From a virus: a stretch of 64,000 nt of DNA. This document shows positions 19,426-28,060 of this stretch, piece by piece. Position numbers and translations under genes: made by a program. The stretch lies in IMG/VR virus record IMGVR_UViG_3300032238_000977, positions 1-64,000 of that record; one strand, written 5' to 3'. The notes beneath the pieces are model-generated. The model was not told where the DNA came from. It did no database searches and saw only the letters and a program-made list of their open reading frames with translations. Numbering within the stretch: the stretch's first letter is position 1; every line of letters starts with the position of its first letter.

Positions 19426-20177
19426 AGTTTAAATGTAGGGATGGGTTCCATTTTATGTTTGTTTTGAGAGTTGAACTTTGCAAGAACTTCAACTGCTGGT
19501 CCAGTTCCATTTTCCATTGCTTCTTCAAGTTCGGTATAAGAAACTCCGATCTGATCTTCATCAGTTCTTCCGTCTTCCCAGAGACCATCTGTAGGTTGTG
19601 CATCAATGATACGTTGATCTACACCAAGATGCTTTCCAAGTTTCCATACTTCAGTTTTATAAAGATCGGCAATTGGAGCAATATCAACTCCACCGTCACC
19701 ATATTTAGTATAGAATCCTATACCATAATCTTCAACCTTATTACCAGTACCAACAACAATACCGCCAACAGAACCTGCAACCTGATACAAAGTAACCATA
19801 CGAATACGAGACTTTGTATTTGCAAGAGCAAGTTTATTAGAAACCATATCATTACCCAACCAGAATCCCAAGCTCTTGGTAAACTGCTCATAAGTGGAAG
19901 AGAGATCAACTTTTAGGGGAGTAACATTCTTATAACTATTAGAAAGAAATTCTCTATGAACTTCTGAAAGTTCTGCCTGAGAAAAAATTTGATTCAGAGG
20001 CATCGATAGGACATATGTTGGAAGTCCTGTCTCGGCACAAAGAGTTGATACAACTGAAGAATCAATACCTCCAGAAATACCAACAACCAAGGACTTAATA
20101 TTATTTGTCGTAGCGTAATCTTTAATCCAACCTACAACTCTTGTTTTTAATTCAGAATAATCAGTAATACGATTCAT
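19422..20177 (-). CDS. nadE: NH3-dependent NAD+ synthetase
   Basis: GISGGIDSS, NTKSRIRM, GTGNKVE, GFYTKYGDGGVD, LYKTEV, PTDGLW. Confidence 0.93.
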   Translation of the reverse strand: MNRITDYSELKTRVVGWIKDYATTNNIKSLVVGISGGIDSSVVSTLCAETGLPTYVLSMPLNQIFSQAELSEVHREFLSNSYKNVTPLKVDLSSTYEQFTKSLGFWLGNDMVSNKLALANTKSRIRMVTLYQVAGSVGGIVVGTGNKVEDYGIGFYTKYGDGGVDIAPIADLYKTEVWKLGKHLGVDQRIIDAQPTDGLWEDGRTDEDQIGVSYTELEEAMENGTGPAVEVLAKFNSQNKHKMEPIPTFKL

Positions 20178-21028
20178 AGTACAATCCAATTTTTGGGATA
20201 AAGATCTTTGGTATTTTTATCTGCATAAGCAGGTCCAAACCACATTTTTGGTGCAATCACTTTTTTATTTGGATTGGAAATCAACCATGCACCCCACCAG
20301 CTCATACTACTATTAGCAATAATAGCATGAGAACACAAAGACATCAAGCACAAATCGGAATATGGAGTATATGATCCATCATCATATTTTTCTTGAGGTT
20401 CTGAAATTAAAAACCTATCACTAGAGAAAAATTCTTGCTCTCTTACCCATTCAGGAGAATCAGAAAAAACAATTACAGGTTGATCATCATCAAACTCGGC
20501 AAGTGCCTTTTGATAATATTCGATTGGCTGAACAGGATGTTGATCCCCACATTGGGTATAACTCCATTTAAATCCACGAGGATCTGTAAGATTAGGATCG
20601 CCTCTGCGAACATGAAGCATAATGGGTTCTCCTTCTACAGAGTCTATCATCTCCTTACAAGGTTGCAAATGCTCATCATGAAAAGTAAATTCTTTACGAA
20701 TTTCATCTGAAATATTTTCAAAATACTTTTCAGATTGAAAGAATCCATGAAGACTTACGTTATCTGGACATTGCTCAAAGAGTTCTTCATCAAAATGAAA
20801 AAACCTTTCTCCAATGTATTTAAAATGCTCAATAAAATTTAAATTCTCTTCCTTTACAGATTCCAATTTAAAACAGTTATGAAGACTATAGTTTTCAATA
20901 CCTTTTTTATTAAACGGAGGAATACACCATTCATATCCACGATTTGCAGCAATTCCACGAATAGCAGCATACTCAAACATTTGATTTCCTAGTCTTCCTA
21001 GACTTCCAATCTGATTAAATGCTAACAT
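20174..21028 (-). CDS. Glycosyltransferase family 11
   Basis: GRLGNQMFEYA, HVRRGD, NSSMSWWGAWL. Confidence 0.92.
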   Translation of the reverse strand: MLAFNQIGSLGRLGNQMFEYAAIRGIAANRGYEWCIPPFNKKGIENYSLHNCFKLESVKEENLNFIEHFKYIGERFFHFDEELFEQCPDNVSLHGFFQSEKYFENISDEIRKEFTFHDEHLQPCKEMIDSVEGEPIMLHVRRGDPNLTDPRGFKWSYTQCGDQHPVQPIEYYQKALAEFDDDQPVIVFSDSPEWVREQEFFSSDRFLISEPQEKYDDGSYTPYSDLCLMSLCSHAIIANSSMSWWGAWLISNPNKKVIAPKMWFGPAYADKNTKDLYPKNWIVL

Positions 21029-21872
21029 AATCCTCCTTCATAGACTCAAATACTTTAGCAATACCTTGTTCGATAGTTGTTTTAGGGATCCACCATTTAG
21101 ATAGATACAAATCTGGGCGATTCTTTTTATCCATCTGAACACTATCTTTTTCAGTAGATGGTTGCAGTTTCACATCATACTTACCGATCAGATTAAATTG
21201 CCCAACTATCATATTTGCAATATGAATAATCTTAGTTGGATGGTAACTTGTAATATGAAGATTATCTTCTGAAGTAAAGTCAGTATAATTCTCCATAATG
21301 GATTCAAGTGCTTCACAACAATCTTCGGCATAAAGGAACTCACGTTCCTCTTCACCATCAGTAAGCATATCAATCACACCAGTCTCAAATCCTTTACGAA
21401 TAAAGTCTGTGATAACGTGTGCTTTCTCATGATCCTTCTCAATACCATAAACATTCCAGAACTTAACGATCAGTCCTTTGAGTGATTTAGTATACAGTTC
21501 ACCAACGTTCTTGAGAACTCCATATGGAGAGTAACTCATATTACTCATTTGAGATGAGGCAAAGATAAACCTTTTATTATACTTTTGAAGCAATCCAAAA
21601 GCATTTGCCATTAAACGAGCATTGTTATCAATAAATTTGAAAGTATGTTGATACTTCTTGAGATAACGTGATCCACCCACATCAAATGCAAGAAAGAATA
21701 CAAAGTCTGCAGTCTCAATTGCATTCTCAAGATATTGATTAGGAATAACAGTCATATCATGATTAGGAGTTTCCACCTTATCAAAATCAATAACTGTGTG
21801 ACCTTTACTGCGAAGATATTCTGAGAGATAGGCACCGATCTGCCCACTAGATCCTAAAATAGTAATTTTCAT
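21015..21872 (-). CDS. NAD-dependent epimerase/reductase (extended SDR)
   Basis: GSSGQIG, ASS, YGVLK, NVYG. Confidence 0.85.
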   Translation of the reverse strand: MKITILGSSGQIGAYLSEYLRSKGHTVIDFDKVETPNHDMTVIPNQYLENAIETADFVFFLAFDVGGSRYLKKYQHTFKFIDNNARLMANAFGLLQKYNKRFIFASSQMSNMSYSPYGVLKNVGELYTKSLKGLIVKFWNVYGIEKDHEKAHVITDFIRKGFETGVIDMLTDGEEEREFLYAEDCCEALESIMENYTDFTSEDNLHITSYHPTKIIHIANMIVGQFNLIGKYDVKLQPSTEKDSVQMDKKNRPDLYLSKWWIPKTTIEQGIAKVFESMKEDYVSI

Positions 21873-21877
21873 TTTAC

Positions 21878-22792
21878 TCAATTAAACAAACTGCGATAGA
21901 CTTCCCAATATTTCTTAGTTTCTTCTGGAAGATAATTTGTATAATTTTCCAAATCTTTAACCAAATTTAGTGTATTTCTATACCCAATAATTTCTTTCTC
22001 CAAGTTAGTAATAAGATCTTGAACATTTCTATCTTGATAGACTGAAGATCTATTATAAATTACAGAATTTGGAAAATAATGTTGCAGAATATACCCACCC
22101 CAAATATCATCCATTCTTCCAACATGAGGTAGGACAGAGTAATAAGGAATAACTTCACGGGACAAAAAAGTATTTTGACTGTTAAATGGTGCTATAAAAT
22201 TTGAACAATATGGTTTTGTTATCTCAGAATATTTTACAATTGGTTTAATAGAAAGTCTAGCCATTGCGTCAATATCAGGATCTCCATCCCACAAATCTGC
22301 TTGAACTAAAACTTTTCTTTTTATTTTTCCCTTATAGTCAACATTATGTCTTGTGGGTACATACTCTAATGGATAACCTCTGTGCCAAACTTGATTACTT
22401 TTGGTTACAGACAAAGGATCAAAAACATCATGCTTTGTTGGTTCATACAAATCACATTCGATTTCCTTTCCAACATATAAATCAGACCCCCAATCATCAT
22501 AAGGAATATTATCATCATCTACGGTTGCTATTACATCAGCACCCAAGTTATAAGCTTCAACAAAACCAACATTTCTTCTTTGAATGGATTTCCACCCAAT
22601 TACATCCGACAATTCTTTATACTTTTTTTCCTGATCATCTGGATGCAAATAAATGCAATTTAGTTTTTCATATTCTGAGTGTGGAGTTTTAGTATCTCCA
22701 ACAACGATTAAAGTCCAATCATTAAATTCGCAAAATTTATGAGTTGCTACAGTTGGACTATTAATCGTTGTTGTTACAATATATTTTTTCAT
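21878..22792 (-). CDS. STELLO-like / GT75-related glycosyltransferase
   Basis: IVTTTIN.PT, VVGDTKTP, RRNVGF, DDDN, HRGYP, DPDIDA, FNSQNT, RMDDIW. Confidence 0.75.
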   Translation of the reverse strand: MKKYIVTTTINSPTVATHKFCEFNDWTLIVVGDTKTPHSEYEKLNCIYLHPDDQEKKYKELSDVIGWKSIQRRNVGFVEAYNLGADVIATVDDDNIPYDDWGSDLYVGKEIECDLYEPTKHDVFDPLSVTKSNQVWHRGYPLEYVPTRHNVDYKGKIKRKVLVQADLWDGDPDIDAMARLSIKPIVKYSEITKPYCSNFIAPFNSQNTFLSREVIPYYSVLPHVGRMDDIWGGYILQHYFPNSVIYNRSSVYQDRNVQDLITNLEKEIIGYRNTLNLVKDLENYTNYLPEETKKYWEVYRSLFN

Positions 22793-23613
22793 TTTTTAAA
22801 TCCAATGTATTTTTCAACAAATTTTTCTGTTGTATATTCATTAATTGCTTTATTGTAAGCATTATCAATTAAATACTGGTAATTAGAATAATCCGCCAAA
22901 ATAGTGTTTAACTTTTCCTGGAGATCTTCTTCACTTTCGAAATAAACAAAGTCCTCATTTTCAACGAACCATTCCTCAATAACATTATACTTATCTTTCA
23001 GAACTAGCATTAATGTTCTTGAAAAAGCTGCTTCAAAAGTTCTACTTTTTAATTGAGGAGTTCCATAAGATAACATATTCTGGATGACTGATATTTTACT
23101 TTTGGAAACCAATTTTAATTTTTCAATGTAACTTACACCCAAATTAGTTTCCAATCCATTTTGTCTTTGAAAAGAGACGTAACGATAATTATACTGAGAA
23201 ATTATATTTGCTAATCTCCTAACATGGGGAATATTTACATATCCAGTATAAATTACATCATATAGTTTTTCAGTTTGTTCGGGAATGTATTTTGGGTTGA
23301 AAGGAAAAAATACATTTGTTCTTCCTTTTCTACCTGTTACATTCGGGCTAACAATGGTAAACGCATTATCAACATAAGGTAAATAATTATCCAAACCATA
23401 CGGATCAGAATATGTTCCATCAGGTTCTGGTTTTGCTTGTTCCTCTAGGCAAAGCAAATATTTTGGAACATTTGTAGGTTCTTTAATTGAAGGATCAGGT
23501 TCACATCCAATAAACAAAAGGCAATCATTTGCTTTATCAGAAAATTCTTCAAATCCAAACATTCTAACTGGATCGTCAGGATAATTTCCCCGAAAATTAG
23601 GAATGACTTTCAT
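22789..23613 (-). CDS. GT-B glycosyltransferase (CgeB / Glyco_trans_1_2-like)
   Basis: SKISV, LKSRTFEAA, EWF.ENEDFVYF, YT C-terminal motif. Confidence 0.75.
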   Translation of the reverse strand: MKVIPNFRGNYPDDPVRMFGFEEFSDKANDCLLFIGCEPDPSIKEPTNVPKYLLCLEEQAKPEPDGTYSDPYGLDNYLPYVDNAFTIVSPNVTGRKGRTNVFFPFNPKYIPEQTEKLYDVIYTGYVNIPHVRRLANIISQYNYRYVSFQRQNGLETNLGVSYIEKLKLVSKSKISVIQNMLSYGTPQLKSRTFEAAFSRTLMLVLKDKYNVIEEWFVENEDFVYFESEEDLQEKLNTILADYSNYQYLIDNAYNKAINEYTTEKFVEKYIGFKK

Positions 23614-23625
23614 AATTATATAAAA

Positions 23626-24675
23626 TTATTTTGAATTTTTAATTTGATCAGAAATCCAAGTATAAGTCTTGCGAATTCCTTCTTCTAATGTTTGTTGATA
23701 ATCCCAACCCAGTTTTTCTCGGATGAGATCATTATTGGAGTTACGTCCACGAACACCAAGAGGTCCATCAATATGATTTTTCTCTACAGTCTTTGCAGAT
23801 ACTTTAGCAGCAGTATCAACCAATTGATTGATAGTAACCATTTCCTCAGATCCAATATTCACTGGTCCAATGAAGTCGGAATCCATCATTCTGCGTGTTG
23901 CTTCGATGCATTCATCAATATACAGGAAGGAACGAGTTTGTAGGCCATCTCCCCACACTTCTATGGTTCCACCTTCCTCTGGAAGGTAGGCAACTTTACG
24001 ACAGATTGCTGCTGGTGCCTTCTCTCTTCCACCTTCCCACGTCCCTTCAGGACCGAAGATATTGTGGTAACGAGCAACACGCACGGGAATATTGTAGTTA
24101 CGGTTATAAGCGAAATAAAGACGCTCACTAAAAAGTTTCTCCCAACCATATTCGGAATCTGGGTTTGCTGGATATGCGGATTCTTCACGACAGTCGGGAT
24201 TATCGGGATCAAGTTGATTATGTTCTGGATACATACACGCAGATCCAGAATAGAAAATCTTAGTCTTATTAATTCCAGTCCTCTCATTCATTTTATGTTG
24301 CTCTTCAAGAACATTCAGATTGATAGAAACTGAATTATGCATGATGTCTGCATCGTTCTCACCAGTGAAAACAAATCCAGCACCGCCCATATCAGCAGCA
24401 AACTGATAGATCTCATCAAATGTTTGAATATAACGATAAGGAACTGAATTATAGAAGTTTCCTTGGTCGCCTTTAAATTCAAGAACACGACGAACAAAAT
24501 CTACGTCTCTAAGATCTCCCTGAATAAATTCATGCGCTTCAGTGGGAGAATACTCAGGTCTCTTAAGGTCTACACCACGTACCCAATATCCTTCGGAACG
24601 TAGTCTTTTAACCATATGACTTCCGATAAAGCCACCCGCACCAAGAACAAGTGCAGTCTTAGTATATTGACTCAT
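23626..24675 (-). CDS. GDP-mannose 3,5-epimerase-like SDR
   Basis: GAGGFIG, AADMGGAGF, SACMYP, YGWEKL, EKAPAAICRK, GVRGRNS: GME signatures. Confidence 0.85.
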   Translation of the reverse strand: MSQYTKTALVLGAGGFIGSHMVKRLRSEGYWVRGVDLKRPEYSPTEAHEFIQGDLRDVDFVRRVLEFKGDQGNFYNSVPYRYIQTFDEIYQFAADMGGAGFVFTGENDADIMHNSVSINLNVLEEQHKMNERTGINKTKIFYSGSACMYPEHNQLDPDNPDCREESAYPANPDSEYGWEKLFSERLYFAYNRNYNIPVRVARYHNIFGPEGTWEGGREKAPAAICRKVAYLPEEGGTIEVWGDGLQTRSFLYIDECIEATRRMMDSDFIGPVNIGSEEMVTINQLVDTAAKVSAKTVEKNHIDGPLGVRGRNSNNDLIREKLGWDYQQTLEEGIRKTYTWISDQIKNSK

Positions 24676-24708
24676 TTTTTGATCAAAAATAATAATCTCA
24701 TATTATAT

Positions 24709-24737
24709 ATTATACTAAAAAAGGAGAGTTTATGCAA
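24709..24737 (-). promoter_or_regulatory. Sigma70 promoter of the glycan island
   Basis: TTGCAT, 17 bp spacer, TATAAT; embedded in the terminator hairpin. Confidence 0.65.
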
Positions 24738-24746
24738 CTCTCCTCT
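24717..24746 (-). terminator. Intrinsic terminator closing the pseudoknot RNA
   Basis: AGGAGAGTT/AACTCTCCT hairpin followed by T-run. Confidence 0.75.
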
Positions 24747-24751
24747 AGGTC

Positions 24752-24941
24752 TTTCAGGCTCGCCACCAATTCTTTAACTGGAAATTGGAAACCAGGCGGG
24801 GAGAGTATCCCATCCGCACCACCAGTTTTTTAAAGAAACTGGAAACTTTTAAGAGGGTCATATGACTCCACCAGTACTTTTAAAGTCTCTCCGTGACTTC
24901 GAGGGGGTCCCGACCAGTACTTTTTAAGTCTCTCCGTGACT
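24752..24941 (-). ncRNA. Tandem-pseudoknot RNA of the cyanophage wcaG/manA motif type
   Basis: Four units each ending in UGGY(G/C); GGUGCGGAUGGG..CCCGCC and UGGCGAGCC segments; lies upstream of a nucleotide-sugar epimerase. Confidence 0.7.
24870..24941. repeat. 29-bp direct repeat, two copies
   Basis: ACCAGTACTTTTWAAGTCTCTCCGTGACT at 24870-24898 and 24913-24941, 28/29 identical. Confidence 0.95.
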
Positions 24942-25188
24942 ATTGATCCCAAAATTCTTCACTGTCTTTTACATAACAAGGAACCCTATCTGGATCTAAC
25001 CATTTTGCATACTCAATATCTTCCATTGCGGTAGAACATTGCATAGCATTGTCAAATAGATAGATATCATTCCATCGTTTAGTGTATTCGTTTTGTTTTT
25101 GCATACGGTAATCAAGTTTACCGTTGATTTCAAGAATACCTGCTTCAATAAAACGATATCCTTCACGTTCCAAGATAACCTTGGTCAT
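24940..25188 (-). CDS. Hypothetical cyanophage protein
   Basis: ORF with ATGA coupling and GAGG RBS. Confidence 0.75.
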   Translation of the reverse strand: MTKVILEREGYRFIEAGILEINGKLDYRMQKQNEYTKRWNDIYLFDNAMQCSTAMEDIEYAKWLDPDRVPCYVKDSEEFWDQ

Positions 25189-25400
25189 ACAACCTCACTA
25201 GTTTCAAGATCACTATAAACATATTCCATGAGCATTTCATAATCATCCAGAGGATCACCAGAGAATACTACACCCTCATTTGCATAATAACGACGAACCT
25301 TTTTGTAGAGTTTCGGATTCTTTACATCAAGGTAGAATTCTCCATTTGCTGCACCACGAAGAGTGGGAATATCTTTCTTGAATTTTACTGCGAGAGTCAT
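25185..25400 (-). CDS. Hypothetical cyanophage protein
   Basis: Start MTLAVK downstream of a sigma70 promoter. Confidence 0.75.
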   Translation of the reverse strand: MTLAVKFKKDIPTLRGAANGEFYLDVKNPKLYKKVRRYYANEGVVFSGDPLDDYEMLMEYVYSDLETSEVV

Positions 25401-25422
25401 TGTTTTGAATGTTGACCTTGTT

Positions 25423-25474
25423 ATTATAGGAAAATAATGTTTGTGCGTCAAGTAGGACAATTTTAAAACTGTCC
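25423..25474 (-). promoter_or_regulatory. Sigma70 promoter with 20-bp palindrome (copy 2)
   Basis: TTGACG, 17 bp spacer, TATAAT; GGACAATT-ttaa-AACTGTCC at 25455-25474. Confidence 0.7.
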
Positions 25475-25475
25475 A

Positions 25476-25548
25476 TGCCCCTTGCGTGGATCGAACACGC
25501 CTCAGCCGAATTATGAGTTCGGTGCATTCACCAGATTGCTAAAAGGGC
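25476..25548 (-). tRNA. tRNA with CAU anticodon (Met or Ile2)
   Basis: Cloverleaf, anticodon arm CCGAA-CT-CAT-AA-TTCGG, T-loop TTCGATC, A73. Confidence 0.9.
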
Positions 25549-25577
25549 ATTCGCTATTCGCAAATAGCGAATAGCAA

Positions 25578-25665
25578 TACGAGTGGGTGGATTCGAACCA
25601 CCTCAAAGCCGCTAATCTGGCGGAAAGAGTTTATAAGACTCCTCTGACTACCAAGTCTCACTCGC
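25578..25665 (-). tRNA. Non-canonical tRNA-Ile(UAU) with long variable arm
   Basis: GCGAGTG/CACTCGT acceptor, GGAGT-CT-TAT-AA-ACTCT, GGTGG-TTCGAAT-CCACC. Confidence 0.8.
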
Positions 25666-25713
25666 ACGAAAGTTGCCTTGAGGCAACTTATAAGACCTAT
25701 ATGTGGTCTTAAA

Positions 25714-25929
25714 TCACGAACCTTCTTCGTGATCAGTGTGGATGCGTATAAGTTCCTCATCCGAATAATCCGAAGAATCTGAAGAATCCACTATGTAATC
25801 GTAATTGGTTGTTCTTACAATAACCACTTCATTATTATCATTGTATATTTGAAATGACTCTCCAGATTCGACTCTTTCCAAGAGTTCATCAAATCTTTTT
25901 TGAAATTCTTCAACTGTAAACTTTTCCAT
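25714..25929 (-). CDS. Phd/YefM antitoxin-like small protein
   Basis: MEKFTVEEFQKRFDELLERVESGESFQI pattern plus acidic tail. Confidence 0.55.
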   Translation of the reverse strand: MEKFTVEEFQKRFDELLERVESGESFQIYNDNNEVVIVRTTNYDYIVDSSDSSDYSDEELIRIHTDHEEGS

Positions 25930-26503
25930 TAGATTCGGAGACGAGTCGTTTAAATTCGATGAGATAATCATACAGCAAATCAAATTCGTAGTCAACCCCA
26001 GCATCCATCGTAATAGAAATTTTAATATTTGATGGATCCAAATACCTTTCAAGCAACCAAACTTTATAATATGATCTAAAAAATTTAGATACAATTTTAA
26101 AGTCTAATAATTTGAAAAAATCTGCCTCAAGATCATCTGAAGATTTTTTGCTTGGATGATATACATTTATTTTATAATAGTCTTCAGAAAACCACTTCAT
26201 GTGAGATCTGACTATTTTACAATGTTCTTCGAGATCAAAATCTTGATTATTATAATAATGCATTGAAAATAAATTTAATATATTTTCAACATATACTGCA
26301 TTATATTCTGCAATATCATTCGGCATTATTTTAAAGTTCCACTCCATGTCTGGAATAAATCCACATATGAAGTGGGTTATATCATGAGAAGGTTTTGTCG
26401 GAGGTGGTTTAGGGGACGAAAAAGATTCTTGATATTCTTTATGAAGAATTTTATAATAAACCTTTCCGTTTTCCCATGACCATTCTATTTTTTGTAAACT
26501 CAT
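25910..26503 (-). CDS. Hypothetical protein
   Basis: 197-aa ORF with HDITH motif. Confidence 0.7.
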   Translation of the reverse strand: MSLQKIEWSWENGKVYYKILHKEYQESFSSPKPPPTKPSHDITHFICGFIPDMEWNFKIMPNDIAEYNAVYVENILNLFSMHYYNNQDFDLEEHCKIVRSHMKWFSEDYYKINVYHPSKKSSDDLEADFFKLLDFKIVSKFFRSYYKVWLLERYLDPSNIKISITMDAGVDYEFDLLYDYLIEFKRLVSESNGKVYS

Positions 26504-26513
26504 AATTTTTCAA

Positions 26514-26585
26514 TCGGGGCGACAGGGATCGAACCTGTGACCTCTGGTTCCCAAAACCAGCATTCTACCGCTGAACTACGCCCCG
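26514..26585 (-). tRNA. tRNA-Pro(UGG)
   Basis: CGGGGCG acceptor, CTGGT-TT-TGG-GA-ACCAG. Confidence 0.95.
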
Positions 26586-26590
26586 TAAAT

Positions 26591-26851
26591 TCACTCTACA
26601 AATTCTACCACAGGACCATTACCTTTGGCAACTACATCTTCTAAAAGATATTTTTGAACTTCGTCAAATGTTTCAAAAATTTTTTTATCATTTTCAAATT
26701 CTACCCACCAACATACATCATTTTCTGTAGGTGAATTAAGTTCTTCATCATTTTTAGGAATGGCTTCAATTATCATATGAGTATTTACACCATGCTTTTT
26801 TTCAGCCTGCATAATGGTATACATTAGAGGCAAATCAGAAATATATCTCAT
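26591..26851 (-). CDS. Hypothetical protein
   Basis: 86-aa acidic ORF on the coding strand. Confidence 0.6.
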   Translation of the reverse strand: MRYISDLPLMYTIMQAEKKHGVNTHMIIEAIPKNDEELNSPTENDVCWWVEFENDKKIFETFDEVQKYLLEDVVAKGNGPVVEFVE

Positions 26852-26959
26852 TTCAATAATTTAAATTTTTTACTTATTTCTATGTATAAGAATTATACCT
26901 ATAATTTCTGGAATAATCAATACCAAACCAGATCGGGATTGCTGCTAAAACTTCTAACA

Positions 26960-27154
26960 TCAAACTCCTCTCCAGTTCTTATATTCATAATGAAAGTATT
27001 GATCTATAGTATTATCCAGAGGGGCATCAACTTCCCATTGTGCCCATTCTTTACAAAACTGTTTAATGTATCCGTCGTTTAAGACACTTCTACCATATGA
27101 TCTCACAAAACAAGTCATCGCAAAATGATATCTTTGTTTAGTTTGCGTAAGCAT
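26960..27154 (-). CDS. Hypothetical cyanophage protein
   Basis: 64-aa ORF in a run of small genes. Confidence 0.65.
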   Translation of the reverse strand: MLTQTKQRYHFAMTCFVRSYGRSVLNDGYIKQFCKEWAQWEVDAPLDNTIDQYFHYEYKNWRGV

Positions 27155-27227
27155 GGGTCAACCCCCAATATACAAAAATTCCAACAAAACTAAAAATAGA
27201 CACTGCGGCAAAAATAGTGTTAGTCAT
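27138..27227 (-). CDS. Small membrane peptide, 29 aa
   Basis: MTNTIFAAVSIFSFVGIFVYWGLTHAYAN. Confidence 0.55.
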   Translation of the reverse strand: MTNTIFAAVSIFSFVGIFVYWGLTHAYAN

Positions 27228-27230
27228 CTT

Positions 27231-27437
27231 CTAGTTCAAAGTAATTTTAAGAAATGGAAGTAGAGGTGGAATAACTCCAACTAACCTTAAAAGTCCTTCA
27301 GCAAATAAAGAAAGAACCACCCAACCGACGCACATACTAATGATAGAAGCATTGCGGTTATGTCTTCTGATAGCAGCATCAATCATCTCCTGCACTTCTG
27401 TGCGAGTTACATAATCATCATCAAACGGTTCCATCAT
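27231..27437 (-). CDS. Hypothetical membrane protein
   Basis: EVQEMIDAAIRRHNRNAS plus a TM helix; GGAGG RBS. Confidence 0.75.
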   Translation of the reverse strand: MMEPFDDDYVTRTEVQEMIDAAIRRHNRNASIISMCVGWVVLSLFAEGLLRLVGVIPPLLPFLKITLN

Positions 27438-27583
27438 TTCCCACCTCCAAGAAATTTTTCCAAAGGATCTTTTCTTGTTTTAACTATTTCACATGCTCTC
27501 ATGTAAAACATATTTTCCATATTTCCAGACTTTTCAAATGTTTTTTTTATCTTCACCCAATTGTCGTAGGTGTGCTGATCCAT
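27434..27583 (-). CDS. Hypothetical cyanophage protein
   Basis: MDQHTYDNWVKIK...FYMRACEI. Confidence 0.7.
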   Translation of the reverse strand: MDQHTYDNWVKIKKTFEKSGNMENMFYMRACEIVKTRKDPLEKFLGGGK

Positions 27584-27696
27584 TTGATTTTTAGATTGGA
27601 TACTATTATATAATAGTCTCCAATACCAAGAAGTCAACATATGTGTTCATACCATAACACTGATAAAGAAATTGTTAAATTCGTAACTAATTTAAA

Positions 27697-27782
27697 AGGA
27701 AGATCAGGGATTCGAACCCTGGAACGCTACTAACGTTAATAGTTTTCAAGACTATCGCCATCAACCACTCGGCCAATCTTCC
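27697..27782 (-). tRNA. tRNA-Ser(UGA)
   Basis: ATAGT-CT-TGA-AA-ACTAT, long variable arm; discriminator is U rather than the usual G. Confidence 0.93.
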
Positions 27783-27793
27783 AATAAAAATCC

Positions 27794-28045
27794 TTAACGG
27801 ACTTCAAAATCTAAACGTCTTACTTTACGTTGACGCCTTGCTTCTTGATAAGCAAGATCTTCATTTGTAAGAACTCCAGATTTTGTTTTGGTATCTATTG
27901 AGTTTAACATAACAACCCGAGATAAGTCAACTGCAGAGATTTTGTCTCCTCTTATCATAGTCATATTAGGACACCCACAAGTAATACTTTTTGATGGATG
28001 TCCAATCATTTCTTTATTGCAATCTTTACATCTTATTGAAATCAT
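27794..28045 (-). CDS. Zn-ribbon hypothetical protein
   Basis: CKDC...CGC. Confidence 0.75.
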   Translation of the reverse strand: MISIRCKDCNKEMIGHPSKSITCGCPNMTMIRGDKISAVDLSRVVMLNSIDTKTKSGVLTNEDLAYQEARRQRKVRRLDFEVR

Positions 28046-28060
28046 TGTCCTTTACCCTAA

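Noticed and set aside
24870-24941. Possible mini CRISPR array
   Set aside because: Only two repeats, a 14-nt spacer and no cas genes; better explained as duplicated RNA structure units
25549-25572. Perfect hairpin between two tRNAs
   Set aside because: Short; probably a processing spacer, too little evidence for an independent element
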